Positions 1 to 14,265 of a stretch of 64,000 nucleotides of DNA are shown here, piece by piece. A model generated the notes under the pieces. That model was given only the letters and a program-made list of their open reading frames with translations. It did no database searches and was not told the origin of the DNA. Origin of the DNA: Hamiltosporidium tvaerminnensis FI-OER-3-3 (lineage: Eukaryota; Fungi; Microsporidia); NCBI GenBank assembly GCA_022605425.2, contig CM061247.1, positions 1,736,001-1,800,000 on the forward strand. The letters are read 5' to 3'. A program made the position numbers and the translations under genes. Within the stretch, counting starts at the first letter, position 1. Every line of letters begins with the position of its first letter.

Positions 1-360
1 TTCAAATTTACTTCTCATATCATTCAAACGACTGTATGAAATATTTTTGTAATTTATAGCTATTTTTTTTATTCCACCAATTGTTTGAACATATTCATAA
101 ATATTTTCATCGATTCCCATTTTTTTAAGTTTAAAATCATTGGAAAGTTCTTTTTCCGCTTGAATAAAATATCTTGAATCAGTATATAAAACAGATGAAC
201 CATTTTTTAAAATCAAAGCCATCCCATTTGAACCCGTGAAATGTGTTACGTACTCAATCAAATTATCAGAGGGTGAAATATATTCATTAATATGTTCATC
301 TGCTAGGTTTATTATATATCCATCGTAATCCTTTGAAATAAGCAATTTATAGATTACCAT
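1..360 (-). CDS. Xaa-Pro aminopeptidase (aminopeptidase P, M24B), N-terminal creatinase domain; runs off the window edge
   Basis: Manual translation from the ATG at 360: MVIYKLLISKDYDGYIINLADEHINEYISPSDNLIEYVTHFTGSNGMALILKNGSSVLYTDSRYFIQAEKEL... The DEHxxEY, FTGSxG and TDxRYxxQA motifs are typical of XPNPEP1/Fra1. Preceded by ACCCTT-ATG. Absent from the ORF track because it is truncated. Confidence 0.9.
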   Translation of the reverse strand, partial: MVIYKLLISKDYDGYIINLADEHINEYISPSDNLIEYVTHFTGSNGMALILKNGSSVLYTDSRYFIQAEKELSNDFKLKKMGIDENIYEYVQTIGGIKKIAINYKNISYSRLNDMRSKFE

Positions 361-1014
361 AAGGGTAAACATTGTTTATATTATTTAAGTATTTTTTAAG
401 GAATTACAAAGTGAAACATTTTTGAGACAGTTTCATCTAAATTTATTTGTTTAAAGTATATAGAATAAAGATATATGAAAACATGAGCAAATAAATCTTA
501 TTTAACACAGTATTTATGAATTCCTATGAAACAGAGTATTGTGTTTGAGTTAAATATTAGATTTATTTGTTTAAACTGAGATTGGACAAAATTTATTAAA
601 TCATAGAAAATGGTATTTTCGAGCAATTTTATATTTACAATATAATTGAATTTTTATTTAACAGTTTGCTGGAATAAAAATTTATTCAAATTTATTTTTC
701 AAGAATATAAAAAAATAATACAATCATAAAAAAATTAGATTTTTTTCTTGATTTTATACAGTATTACTCTAATTTCAGCTTTTTTATTAAAAATTAAAAT
801 ACTGATTTTCGAATTATATATTAATGTATGTTTGAGCAATAAAATTCTATTTATCTATTTGTTTCATTTGAATTAAAAAATTATCAAAAATATATATACT
901 TCTGAAATTTAACTTTGTGATTTTATAAGTCTTTTTATCGACTATTAAATTTAAAAATTTTTTTTAAAACAAATATTTTATATATTAGATTTAAAATTGA
1001 AAAAAAAGGTAATA

Positions 1015-1821
1015 CTTTTAAGTAATAACGTTCTAGGTCAAAACATTTTTTTACACCTTTATCATTTCCTTCTACCTCTTTAACCACCATCTTTTATTCT
1101 TCTATATCTGATTCTTCATTTATGTTTATTGTGGGTTCTTCTATTGTGATTCTTCCATCAAAATGAGAGATTAATTATTTTCAGATTTATATGTTTAACA
1201 CCACCTTACTTCGTTACCCGGTTGTTTTACAGGGCTTTTGGTTCCAGGTGCATCTAAGCTCTGCTAATAACCCCTTTTGACGCTCTTTCCCAGTTTCTTC
1301 GGCATTTTGTCTCAACTCAAGTCTTTTTCGTCAATCAAAGGTGATTTTTTTGAACTTCTCTTAAGTACTATATATTGAATATATGCCTCTGCATTCAAAA
1401 GTATTTACAGTTTTTTGAGCCATGGCCTACTGTATTTTATCACAATACCATCCCAAGTAAGCAAATAGGGGATTATCTCAACACTACACCTTAAAAGACC
1501 CAACTCATTGGATAGCAAGCCATAATTCCTAGGTTTTTCGGTTTCAACTATTTGAAGTGAATCTTGTGAAGAAATTCCTACTTTAATGGGTGTCATCTTC
1601 CTTTTATTCTCATCTAAAATATATCTATATCTAGTCTATTTTTTCGAATTTTGACATCAGTTTTTATTCCGATGTTCCCTCTTATCTTTGCATATGCATT
1701 ATCAAGAATTTCTTAAACTGAGTGGTTTCTAATTCTTTTTAAAGACTTAAATCGATATCTATTTAACAATAAAAGGGGCTAGCATCTAACCGTTTTATTA
1801 TGCCGTCTGGTATAATCATCA
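1015..1821 (-). mobile_element. Degenerate 5'-truncated RLE-type non-LTR retrotransposon (endonuclease region and 3' end)
   Basis: Homologous to 47620-48908 (YTRRHN, KVGISSQDSLQIVETEK, IIPYLLTWDG), with stops and frameshifts. A degenerate TSD AAAAAAGG(TT)TAATA is possible at about 1002 and 1823. Confidence 0.85.
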
Positions 1822-2142
1822 CAAAAAAGGTTTAATATTCCATGAATAATTATAATTTCCCTTTAAATTTTAATTCTGTTTATCAAAACTTATCATTTTC
1901 GAAGTAAAAATTCAAACAGTTAAGAATTTTATTTGCAGAAATTCTACATTTTACAGATATTTATGCTTTTTTTATAAAACTTGCATCAAATAACCTCAAA
2001 AACCAAATTCTCACTATAACAATAGATACTTAATTGCAAATATAGATACTGCAACAATTTAAGCTTAATTTATTACATTTGGCATAGAAATATTTACATA
2101 ATCATTTATTCTTAAACTCAAAAAAATATTTTGAAGTATATT

Positions 2143-2375
2143 CATTTATCATCGGCACTAAACCCTGCAGTGTTTGGCGGTCCTCAGTAATACCGCTCCC
2201 CGGTTTTTTTCCAGTGGGTTTGTTTACTTTTTCGGGTTTTGTAACAAGGTGGTTTTAGAGGGTGGGTTTTTACCCCTACGCCCAACACCAACATCAGAGA
2301 TCAGTCTCTTTTAATCGCTTCTTACGACAAGCATAGAATACACCAAGCCAATTGAGTTCCCGGGATGGTTGGGAA
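2143..2375 (-). mobile_element. ~230-bp bipartite RTE-type non-autonomous retroposon (SINE), copy 1
   Basis: Similar to 28714-28947. Contains TGTCGTAAGAAGCGATTAAAAG and GTTGGGCGTAGGGGTAAAAACC motifs resembling RTE 5' UTRs, and a GCCGATGAT tail. 13-bp TSD TTTGAAGTAYATT at 2130-2142 and 2376-2388. Confidence 0.8.
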
Positions 2376-2780
2376 TTTGAAGTACATTAATCTACCTAAT
2401 TGATTTAATGAAGCATTTTTTTTATAACATAAAAGATGTGTTTTATAGGTTTAATCATTACCCAAAAATGACTTTATAACAAAAAAAAGCTTAAACTCCT
2501 CGAAATCATAAAATCTACCTTTTGGTGTTTAAAATATAGAAAATTTTTTCATATAATCCAAATTTTTCTCTATTGTTTAAGCGATAAACGACACTATTCT
2601 TTCTGTATCTGCACTATATTTTTATTGATTATTCACAGATATAAACACATAAGACGAAATAGAACAAATTACAACAATAAAGCAAATTTTCATCTAGTTT
2701 GAATCATAATCGAGACATTTGTAAGTGATGATATTATTAACCTTTAAAATTAAGTATTATTATAAAAAAAACCTTTTAAA

Positions 2781-3850
2781 ATGGGGAATGAATCAATGTA
2801 TTATATGTATAAATCATATAAAAAATCATGTGAAATATGCTTAATATTAGATCCATGGTTTTGAATTATTTCACATTTCAATTTATTATTATTAATGAAA
2901 TTAATTTATGAAATTTTCGAGAATATTCCAGAAATATATTTAATATTTAAATCGATGGTTTTATTTATGCATGTATATTAATTCGGATTTCTTTGCAAAA
3001 ATAGCAATGTGGAATTTTTTGATTTACGTAATAGAAGCTATAATATTATATGAGAGTAGCAGTTTTATTACCAAGGGTTTAGATATACACGGTGTTAGTA
3101 TTTTTGAAGTTTAATTTAGTATTTTGTACAACTATTTCTATTTATTCTTTTGTCTGGCAAGAATTTTCAATGAATATTCAGTTTCGGAAATATTAATATT
3201 ATATTTGATCGAAACATATGTTATTTTTGCTAAACTGACATATTATATGACAGTAAATATCGGCTATATAAAATATTTACAATTGATTGTAAATTTGTTA
3301 TTTTATGCCACATTGTACAAAAATTTACCGGGTGTTTATGATACAATTCTTTGGAGATATTATAGATACCTGGGCGCTAATTCTGATATAAGAATGTTTT
3401 TTTAGTAAGTTTTTATCTAATTAGGTTCGCAAAGCTTTGGAAAGTTTCTGGATTTATTTTATATATCTAAATTTTGTAACTTTTATTGCTATAATTTCCC
3501 ATGGGCTTGAACTTCAGAAACGTGGATTACATATTCTTATAGAAATCATAACTATATCCTTCTTGACATATTCTTTTAGAAAAAACGTCCATGAAAACTT
3601 AAAACTGAAACTGTTAACTATTCTAATAATAGGACTAAGATTCATGTATCAAATTTATCGGGCCTATTTATCCTATATTGCGAACAAATTGTAAGTTAAC
3701 TATGTCTAATTAGTGTAAACATCAATGCATTATATGGGCTCATTATTGTGTTTTTATTGTTTTTTCTTTCTGTCATGGATTGTTTATATTATGGTTCTGA
3801 ACTTAAAGATATACTTCTAAAGAATTCGGATCAAGATAATGATAATTAAA
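2781..3850 (+). pseudogene. Possible decayed multi-pass membrane protein gene
   Basis: Consecutive hydrophobic ORF fragments (3124-3405, 3437-3694) on one strand downstream of CCTTTTAAA-ATG at 2781. No family recognised. Confidence 0.2.
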
Positions 3851-4604
3851 TTATTTCATGGTAATAAAAAAATTGGAAGTTTTCTATTTCTTTGTTTCTT
3901 ATAAAATTTTCGATTTTTTTAGAATATTTTATTTGTTTCTATAACAATATAACTAACGATTAGTGTTTTATTTTCGGTTTTTTCTTGATAACAAATTTTT
4001 TTAGCATATTTAAATAAAATTTGGAACTATTATTATTAAAAAGAGAGTGAAATATTTTCTTCATTTCTATTCTTTTAAATTTTTTGATTAGTATTTTAAG
4101 TTCGCGATATTGGTAAATCGATTTTAAAACATAATTTCACATTGAATTTACATTTTTATAGATTAAATAAGTTAAATATTATTTAATTTTACAAAAATCT
4201 TTACAATTATAAAGAATTTGCATGTTTAAATGTATATATCAAGCTTTCTCTCTAAAAAATTGTCTTATTTTTGTTTCTCACGTATGGATGGACTAAATTG
4301 TTCATGATAACAATCTTGATTTCGATTAATGAGCCTTTGAATTCGATTTCTAAATATTTTGGCTGAATTTCGGTTTTGACACTGTAAATTATTAAAATTA
4401 AAATTAAGGTTAAATTTACATTATAATATACATTTATATCAATAATTTTAACTTAATAGTCTTAACATGATATAAATTTGTAAACTTTAAATTTACATTT
4501 CTTAAATTTGCTCATTGTGGGAGAACCATATTGAAAATATTTTTTTGGATTGTATCTCAAATCAAAAGATATTTAAATGCCAATATATTTTTTAGATCTT
4601 GGAG

Positions 4605-5334
4605 GTGGAGGGAGGATAACAACATAAAAAACTTTCTGCTTGGCAATGAGTGTGTGAAACTGGTGTGAGATCATTGTTTGGATTTTTGGTGAGATTACAA
4701 CTATACTACATCTTCGGTTGTTCCATGAGAGTTGTTATGAGGAGAAGAGGTCTTAGAAATGAAGAAACTTTTTCTACAAATTTATTTGTAGTTTTTTATG
4801 TAACTAGATTGCAGACCGCAGCTGAACATGTATGTAATTGCCATGTAAAAGCATGGAAACCTAGCCTTGCTCACTCGGGTTAGAAGACTTAGCGCTTGGG
4901 AGATATAAAACAAAAAACTATTAAAAGCCGGGATAGCTAAGTAACAGGTTATACCTGTTGGTATGACATTGCACTGTCTGGGTGAACCCCATGTAAATCT
5001 CTGAAATATATCTTAGCTAGAAGTTTATTGGGTTCAGAAAGTGTAGAGTAAGTGGGAATGCTGCATAGTCTTGGGGGAGCCCAGGGAGGGGGGGCTTCGG
5101 CCTTCGATCACACTCCATGCAACGGACATTAACGAAATCTGGGCAATTGCCTCGCCTATAAATTAGGTTTTACACACCTGGTAGGTGAAAGGCTTTGGGA
5201 CGTAGGTATCGCAGGGGTTACGATGGCGTGTTGAGGTAGCAGTTAATTATGTTAAACCTAGAACTGCGTTAATGTCATCCAAATAAATATAACACTTGCC
5301 ACTATGCAAAAATATGTGATACTTTTAAATAAAG
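4605..5334 (+). mobile_element. ~730-bp non-coding retroposon family, copy 1
   Basis: Starts GTGGAGGGAGGATAAC and ends GTGATACTTTTAAATAAAG. Closely similar to the copies at 13538, 19673, 41252 and 52540. Confidence 0.9.
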
Positions 5335-7299
5335 TCAGATATAGGCTCGAGCTTATTCCGATATGTTAATTACCTAAAATTACAAAAAAAATATGTATTT
5401 TCGATTGAATTGCAGAATGAAAAAAACAAACTTGTTAGGTACAATAAAAATATGACTCATAGATGAAAAAACATACGTTTCTATGTAGAATATTATGGAC
5501 AATTTCAATTGAAGTCGCTCTTTAACTAAATACATTTGAAAAATATTTTGATAAATTTAAATAATAGCAAAAGTGTTCCAAAATCACAGATTAACCCATA
5601 CATTTTACATAGAGATTAGAAAATAATTTTGAAACTTTACAAAACTGTTCATACTGGTTCAAGTTTAGATAGATATAATCTTATCATTCTAAATCAAGCG
5701 AATTTATTCTTAAAAATATTTGAACTGGGAATGATATTGTTAGTTTAACTAAATTAATCATTCGTTTCCAGTTCTATTTTACTTTATGATGTTGCGGATA
5801 AAGATATAGAACGCACTCATATTCTGATATATCAATGTCCTAAAATTTCCTGGCTCCATTCCTCTTCAGAAAGACGCGTTTAAGGTGTCGAATTACTTTA
5901 GCGGACACGAATTCTTCTTTTCTATCGGCCAAACATCTTACTTTTATGTTTCATAAGTCATAGTCAAATTTCCACGCCGAATCATTAATTTTTGAGCCAG
6001 TACTTATATTTTTCCATTTGTTTCCTTTAAACTTTCTAATTCAGAATTCATGAGCTTGGCCCATGAATTTATTTAATTTGATGTTCAAATTCAGCCTCTC
6101 TGTTCCAAAGACTTGACACTTCAAAACCAATAATTCGTATCATTTTTTTTCATTAAACAAGGTTTTTTCTGATACCATTTAATTTTTGTAAATCTATATT
6201 ACCGGTTTTTTAATATCTTACATAAATTTCAAAGCTTCAAGCCTTTGACTTTTTTTTGCAAGTTTATTATTTTTTTGAAATTAAAAGTAATAATAACCAC
6301 AGGATGTATTTCTTTTGCAAATATAAATATGAAAATCCGAATTTTATGAAAAGAGAAATGTTAAAAATGAATCATAACTATAAATTTACGATAAAATGAA
6401 ATCTATAATATTTCAAATAGTCCCCAGAAACACATCAATTTGAATAATTCAACAAGAATATTTTTATGTTACCTTGTTTAAAGGTGGGCTCATGAAAATA
6501 AAACTATTATGTTTTTAGATTAAAAATGGAGGTCTCATTTATAGTTTTTCTCATTGTTTAGTAATGAGTGTTTAATTATATTTCTAGAATCTCCACTGAT
6601 AAGTAATAAAATATTGTTGTAATAATAGCAAATTTATTCTACTATTGAATTTTATACAAGGTGTTAGAACAATAAATGTAAATATTTGAATTTTTTGATT
6701 TTAAAAATATGTGGAATCGTTGTTTTTTTTATTAAATTCCAATCTTAAATCATTTTTTGTTCTTAAAATGTATAAGTCGAAAAATTATTTTGTTTGGATT
6801 GATTTTGAATTCTTTTTTTAATAATTTGAAAAGTCTGCATATAGCATTTCCTATAATGTCTATTAAGAATTTTGGATGTGAGATGAATATATTTTTTAAG
6901 ATTTTTAAAATTTTAAATTAATTTTTACTTGTGCAATAGGATGTAATTCTATCAAATTGGGCTCAAAAAATGTTAAATAAATAGAAATCATAAGATTAAA
7001 ACTAAACTTTTGTATTATATTTTCGATTATGCCTTTTCATATTTGATAAATTTGATTTTATAGAGGTATGCAAATTTAAACATAAAAAAAAAGAAAAAAA
7101 AGTAACGGCAGAAGAAGACTATAAAAAGAGCTTATTAGCAAAAACAAACTAAAATAGGAAATTTCTAGTTTATTTATTAAGAACACTAAAGATAATATGA
7201 GTTTCATATTTTCATGCATTTAATCAAATAATAAATTAATAAAGTTTTTTATATTTTTTAAAATGACTTAATTTGATGCTCCCGACTTCATACCATAAA

Positions 7300-8560
7300 A
7301 ATTTATGGTTGCAAATTTTACACTCTTATAAGAGACACTACAACCCCATAAGAGCTCGGGTCTCTTTAACGATCTTTTTTCTGTTCTTATCTATCTTGCG
7401 CCCTTGTCTTCTACCGTATTTCATTAAGCATTCTCAGATTCTTATTGGATGTATCTATTCTTCTGTTACAGGGTCTGACTTTTCTTCTTTTCCCATTGGC
7501 TTTATACAACTGGACTTGACTTTCACTCCAATCAGGTGACGTTCATAATACATGTCCTAGGTATCTTAATTGTCCCTTTTTATTTGACAAATTATCATTT
7601 ACGATATAGAATATAAACTTATTGATTCTTTCAATATTTTTCGCACAATTTTTGTATTTTGATCATATATTTTCAAAGTAATTAGCTTTCTCACGCGTTA
7701 AACTCGCTTAATCTCTATATGTTATATCCGGGTCAAAGAAGTATTCATTAAAACCTGTCTTATTATAATCCTAAAAACATTCATTTTTAAATACCTCTTA
7801 TATATCTTAATTTCATCGAGGATTGCAATATCCGGTAGACTTGTTATCTGAATTTATTAGTTCCTTAATTTTTTCATTGCTTTTGATACTTTCAATTATA
7901 TGAGTTTCGGAGTATATAGCTCGATAAATCTGTAAATTTTAATATGTCAATTGCTAGGCAATTTATTAAGTTACACAGCATCAATGTCATTTCAATATCC
8001 TTTATTTTGTTCTGATTTATCTTTAGAGCGTAACTTGTCGATTTTTTTCTATGGCGTTAAAGAAAGTTTTATGTCTTCTTGGTTTTACCAATTAATACTT
8101 AGATCGCCTCAATACATAAGTAGAAGAATTTTCTGTTGATAAGCATATTTATTTTTAAAGTTTGAGTTTCTCGATAATGCGTTTCATTGCCTGATTAAAT
8201 AATCTACACGATAATGTGTCTCCTTGCTATGCCCCCTTGCTTATTCTAAAATTATTCGAACTATCATTTGCTATCAATATTTTTATCTTTCTTATCAACT
8301 TTGAACAAATTTTTAAAACCTCAAGAGCTAAACTTGTATTTACCATCAGATACAATTATAAGCTTGTTTAAAATCCCGGAAGGTTAATTTTAGGAATATT
8401 ATGCTGCTAGCATTCTTCCAAGATTTTTCATTATAAATATTTGATATTCTTCGATTGACTTTAGAAATCAGTATGGATAATTCTTCTGCTCATCCCTAAC
8501 CTATTTGCAACAATTCTCGTATAACTTTATAACCTGGATTTGACAGAGATTTTCTTCTAT
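7300..8560 (-). mobile_element. Ancient degenerate non-LTR retrotransposon reverse-transcriptase remnant
   Basis: Minus-strand motifs in the correct order: DFKQAY (8358-8375), RGI/QGDTLS with a frameshift (about 8215-8238), LLMY*GDL as a decayed YxDD (about 8097-8123), then YYERH and RIDTS-like segments near 7440-7560. Boundaries approximate. Confidence 0.6.
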
Positions 8561-8601
8561 GAATAGTCGAATTTCATTCTATTCCTTGTTGATATATTAG
8601 G

Positions 8602-8825
8602 GTGGAGAGTGGATAACCATATATAAAACTATCTGACTGACAACCAGGGCGTAGAATTCGTGTGAAAACCATTGTTGTCTCTTTTTGGGATATCACCCAC
8701 ACCGGATCTATAAGCCAAACCTTTATGATCCCGGGTTACAACAGACTAAAAGAAACAAATGGAAAATTTCAATTTGTTCCTCCTCGGCACCGAGAAATAA
8801 TATAGGAACGAAACTAGTAAATTAA
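8602..8825 (+). mobile_element. ~220-bp SINE with the 730-bp-family head and an RTE-like tail, copy 1
   Basis: Head GTGGAGAGTGGATAACCATATATAAAACTATCTG resembles the 730-bp element. Tail TTTGTTCCTCCTCGGCACCGAG resembles the LINE end at 15414-15465. Confidence 0.7.
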
Positions 8826-11370
8826 TTGACATGTAAGATATACCGGAGGTTAATTTCATTCAACGGTCATTTTATTCCTTATTCCATGTTATTTGAACCA
8901 ATTCATGGTTATTTTCGATTATTTTATTGCATCTGTGTTTAACAAGTTTGCTGCTATTTCATCTTCTCCGAGTGCTTCATGATTGTTTAAACTCATAACG
9001 CATTTATTGTTTACTCAAGATTATTCTTAATTTCGATTTCTTCACTATGCTCCCAATATTCATATTTCTAATTATTGCGACATTTTTCTACGTTTGATGT
9101 ATCTCCTCGAATAGAATTAAAGGATTTTCGAAGCATTATACCTACGCGTTGCATTGTTCAACGCAAAATAATCGTAGATTTAGTATTTTTTCAGTTTAAT
9201 ATATAGCCTTGAATGCAAAATTGCTTTTGCGTGATATGAGCGAGCCTTTTCAATTTAAAATTGACTTTTAAGTTTTAACCCATTCGTACTCCGATTTATT
9301 TAATTATGAGATAGCTCGAGTAAATTGAAATAAAAGATTTTTTTGGAATCAGGATTTGTGCCAGGATATGTATTTTCAATAGATCTTATATCAGTTGCCC
9401 AATCGAACACTAGAGGAAAAATTTTTATTAAAAAAAATTCCGAAATTATTCAGTATTTTTTGTTCTAACAATTAAAGTGTATTCAAATATTAAAAATTTC
9501 GATCTCAAAATTAACAATTGTAAATAGAACTATAATAAAATTTAAATTGAAAAAAAAGTTTTCATTCATCTTTTCCTCTTAATATGAATTCAAGCAACAT
9601 TAAAATTTTCCATTTAAATTAGTCCATAAGTTGTATTTTTCACATTGTTTCACCGCTTGTATTATTTTGGCACGTTCATTGATTCCAACATTTTTATATA
9701 TTTTGAGTAAATGGTTTGCTGATTTAGTTTCATGTTCATTTTAAGTTCATTAATCTTGATATTTGTTTAGCTAGTACCTTGGTATTGCTTAGGCGGTATT
9801 TTAAGCAGTGAAGGTTTTTTTTATGTTCTCTGGTTACATACATGACATCAAATAATGTCGTTTTTTTTATCCTCGCAAAATCCGATTAGATTAAAACCCG
9901 GCTTGAATCGAATAAAATGTATTCTCTGATTTTGCATATTACTACCGAATATATGCTTTTTCAATATTTTAAATGTTTCTGATGTAAATAGCATGGAAGC
10001 TAGTCCCAATTTATTCCAATTTGTCACATATGTGATTATCTTGACATTTTATCTATAAATAAGACAAATTTAATGAAATAAAGTGATAGTTCTTAGCTTT
10101 TTAGGTGTGAAGATCTTATGCGGGTCTTCTGGTGTAATTTAAATTTTCAAACTATAGTCTACTTATATTTCATAGTTGAATCGTATATTCTGGTCTGTTG
10201 ATAATAAATGCGTGGTTTTTTAATCCTATATTCATTTATACTTCGACTACTTATTTTCAAAGATTTCTTGAATAGACTGATTCTTAATTAGTTCTGACGA
10301 TTTGAAATTTAAATATTATGAAGAAGATATGGCAGACAGCTCAATAAAAATTATTAAATATAATGTATTAACTGCATTGAGTTTTTTGTAGATATAGCCA
10401 ATGTTGAAACTTTCTTTTTCTACGAATATATTTCTATTGAGGATGTAACATAAGAAAGCCTTTTCACAGCTCAATGTCGACCTATATTAATCAATTAAAT
10501 AAATTAACGGTTGAATCGCAATTTATTATTTTTAGCATTATAAACTTTAAAATGAAATTTTATTTTTCATAAATTTTATATCAATTTGCTGGTTAAGATT
10601 ACCAAAATATATCTTTCACCTTATTTTTTCCTTAGTATATTTACCACATAATTCTTGAATTTATAGAGGCTAGGATTAGTTATCTTTTCCTACCTTTAAA
10701 ATATGCCGCATTTACGAGATGTTTCTTTAAATTTTCCAGGTAATCCAAGAGTTGCAAAAGCATATGTTAGCTTCACAGGTCAAAATTCCGCAAATATCTT
10801 CCGGTTTTTTGTAAATCCGAAAGGCTCTTTGTATTTTGCTTTGATATCACCTTATCTTTCCTCAGAATTTCCGCGCATTGCATTATCTGATTAGAAAAGT
10901 TCACCAGTTGAGTTGAAGTATTCCGAATGATAGTTTATTAAAGATATCGCACGTGTATCAACACATAAAATAAATCAAAGGATTTAAAATGTCCGACAAG
11001 GTCTTTCAAATTTTAATTATGCAAAAAAAGAGAAAAATAAATTTAAAATTAAAAAAAAAGCTTTAATTTTAGTAATTTAATGATTTATTTGCTTTATTTT
11101 AAAATATATTAAATCAACATTAAATTTAAATCCATAAATTCTAAAAATATTTGTCAAAAAAATTATTTTAAGTTAGAAAAGTATTAAAATTGAACTTAAA
11201 AAATTCAAAAAAATTGTTTTAAATTTATAAAGTGAAGAATAAAAAATCATATTCCTAATTATTTCAATAACAAAGAAATGTCCATTTTACCTTCGAATAA
11301 AATCCAGAAAACCATTTAAAACATAAATTTAAAGATTTATAGTTTATATATATCTACAATCAAATCAGTT

Positions 11371-11451
11371 AAAACTTTACCTTTGTAAAAATCTATGAAA
11401 CAAATTAAAACTCTAACTCTGTAAAAATCTATGAGACAAATTAAAACTTTA
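11371..11451. repeat. 36-bp tandem repeat, about 2.2 copies
   Basis: AAAACTYTAMCTYTGTAAAAATCTATGARACAAATT repeated. Confidence 0.8.
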
Positions 11452-11894
11452 TCAAATAATATAAAGGTTATTTAAAAAATTATTTTAATATTTTATTTTA
11501 CTTAAGTCTATAATATTAAAGTCATAATATAATCCAAAAAGTGTTAATTAAATACAGAAGAATTATTCTTTAAATATATTTTCATATGAAATAAAACAAT
11601 TTCTGAACCTAAATTAATAAATAAATTACAAATCTATAAAAATAGAAGTTTTTTAAAAAATAATTTAAAATAATTGTAAAGAAAAATCATTCTGTTTCAT
11701 AAAAATAAACATTTACAATATGAAAGGAATATCTGCAAAGAGAAATTACAACATTTAAATTATAAAGACAAAGGAAACAACAAAATAAATTTAAAAAGAA
11801 TATTTCTAAAGAAATACAAAGATTATAGAAAAAATTATAAATATAGAAGACACGTATTTTGAATGTAAAAAAAATACTTTTTGAAACTAAAAAT

Positions 11895-12335
11895 TTATTC
11901 TTCTTTCGATGCATCAGAAATTGCTTTCAAAACTAACGACAAATCCGTACTATTACAACAAGCTATCAAAAGATCAGTATCAACAATATAATTAAAAATA
12001 GCACACGTTTTCTTACCTTCTTCATTATTTTCTGTAGTCATAAATATAAGTACATTAGAATCATTGTCATCTCTAATTTCTCTAACATAAATATATTTGA
12101 TACCTTTGTAAATGACAGAAGAAATAGAATTTTCTTTACTTTCATCAAATAAAGACAAAAAATATTCAAAATCTTCAACCTTACTTGATTCTGTGTTATG
12201 AGATAGTATTATATCTTCTAAATTGAATAATTCTAAACTTTTTATATAATTTTCATTGTTTGAAATTATTCTTTTAAAGTAATTTTTCCATTCATCCTCA
12301 TAATCACCAGAATCAGACATTACAGGGTTTACCAT
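11895..12335 (-). CDS. Profilin-like protein (divergent); the true start may be Met6
   Basis: 146 aa, with an N-terminal WxxY helix (EWKNYF) and YKGIKYIYVR resembling the profilin GxKY motif. Size fits. An ACCCTGTA-ATG context precedes Met6. Confidence 0.55.
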   Translation of the reverse strand: MVNPVMSDSGDYEDEWKNYFKRIISNNENYIKSLELFNLEDIILSHNTESSKVEDFEYFLSLFDESKENSISSVIYKGIKYIYVREIRDDNDSNVLIFMTTENNEEGKKTCAIFNYIVDTDLLIACCNSTDLSLVLKAISDASKEE

Positions 12336-13377
12336 TTTTTTTTAAAAATGAAGCTTCAAAATTTGTGATTTTTTATTTTCAAATTTTTAAAAATATAAAA
12401 AATATTCGTGGAGTCTAGAATGTAAAAATAAAAATACGAATTACCAGATTAAAATTGAAAGTATTTATTTCTGAAGAAAACTAGTAAGTCTCATTATTAT
12501 ATTGAAAGAATCTAACTAATATTTCAAATAAGAGATTAAATTCAGTGAATCTATTAAAAAATAATTATTGTAAGCCTAAAATAGAATTTTGAAACTAGAA
12601 ATTTTAAGCAAAAATATTTTTTTTAAAATTTTTGTAAAAACAAGCAAATTCCTTAAGAATAAAAATTAAATGTGGAATATTCAAACAGTAAAAATAAAAT
12701 TTAAATATATTTTTAAAAGATTATAGTCTTTGTATCTCGAAGTTCGTGAATTTTGACTAAAAATAATTATTAAATATTTTTTAGAGACATTTGCTTTCTA
12801 AAAAAGAAAAAATATTGGGAATTAAAATATATAATTACATAAAATTTAAAAATATATTTATTGTCTCCTTAACTTGTTGTAAGAAATGAATACACTTTCT
12901 TTTTGTCTTCATTCTTGAGAAATAATTGATCAACTTTTTCAAAATTTTCAATTTACCAAATTCATATAACAAACTTTCAATTAAATACACTTATAAGACA
13001 TATAAATTCATCATATATTTGGTTTTTATTTTATTTTGAAATTAAATTTAGATTTGATACATGTAAGTGTCAAGTAATATCTCTAGATCTTGGTTATTTA
13101 AGTAAGTTTAATTATAAAAAACCCGAGTTTAAGCGTAGCAAAACGTAGGCTTTTAATATCTGAAAAATATTACATTTTAAAGAATAAATAAATATTTTAT
13201 GAAATATGTTTAGATTTGAGAAATTATATTATAAATTGAATATTATGGGGCAAATGAGAGTACAATTGGAAAATTTTTGTTTAAAATTCTATTTATTTAA
13301 CAAAATGTAAAATAATTTAAATTTTTAAAGTTATGTAAAAACCGTTCAATAGAATAAACTGATATTTTGAATTAAAA

Positions 13378-13432
13378 GGAAATAATTGAAGAAAATAATT
13401 GAAGAAATAATTGAAGAAAATAATTGAATAAA
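13378..13432. repeat. 12-13-bp tandem repeat (GAAAATAATTGAA), about 4 copies
   Basis: Directly visible. Confidence 0.85.
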
Positions 13433-13537
13433 ATAAATAATAAAATGAATGCCTCAGTTCTTTTAATGCCTTAAAAAATATTTTCTAAAAAAAAAGAATA
13501 TTTAAATTAAATTTATATTCTATTTTAGAAAAAATAA

Positions 13538-14265
13538 GTTTTATTTAAAAATATCACATCGTTTTACAATAGTGGCAAGTGTTATATTTGTTTTTATGAC
13601 ATTAACGCAGTTCTAGGTTAAACATAAATAACTGCTACCCCAACACTCCATCGGTAACCCATGCGATAACTACGTCCCAAAGCCTTTCATCTACCAGGTG
13701 TGTAGAACCTAATTAATAAGCGAGGCAGTTGCCCGGAGTTCGTTAATGTCCGTTGCATGAACTGTGATTGAAGGCCGAAGCCCCCCTGGGCTCCCCCAAG
13801 ACTATGCAGCATTCTCACTTACTCTACACTTTCTGAAGCCAATAAACATCTAGCTAAGATATATTTCAGAGATTTACATAGGATTCACCTAGACAGTGCA
13901 ATGTCATACCAACAGGTATAACCTGCTACTTAGCTTTCCTGGCTTTAAATGGTTTTTTGTTTTATATCTCCCAGGCGCTAAGTCTTCTAACCCGAGTGAG
14001 CAAGGCTAGGTTTCCATGCTTTTACATGGCAATTACCTACATGTTCAGCTGCGGTCTGCAATCTGGTTACATAAAAAACTACAAATAAATTTGTAGAAAA
14101 AGTTTCTCCATTTCTCAGACCTCTTCTCCTCATAACAACTCTCATGGAACAACCGAAGATGTAGAGTGGTTGTAATCCCACCAAAAATCCAAACAATGAC
14201 CTCACACCAGTTTCACACACTCATTGCTAAACAGAAAGTTTTTTATGTGATTATCCTCCCTCCAC
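13538..14265 (-). mobile_element. ~730-bp retroposon, copy 2
   Basis: Full-length reverse-complement copy. Its flanks are swapped with those of copy 3. Confidence 0.92.

Noticed and set aside
4650-4883. Recurrent ~70-80 aa ORF (also 13987, 19743, 28159, 41429, 52986)
   Set aside because: It lies inside the 730-bp repeat, mostly uses GTG/TTG starts, and its frame and start are not conserved among copies.
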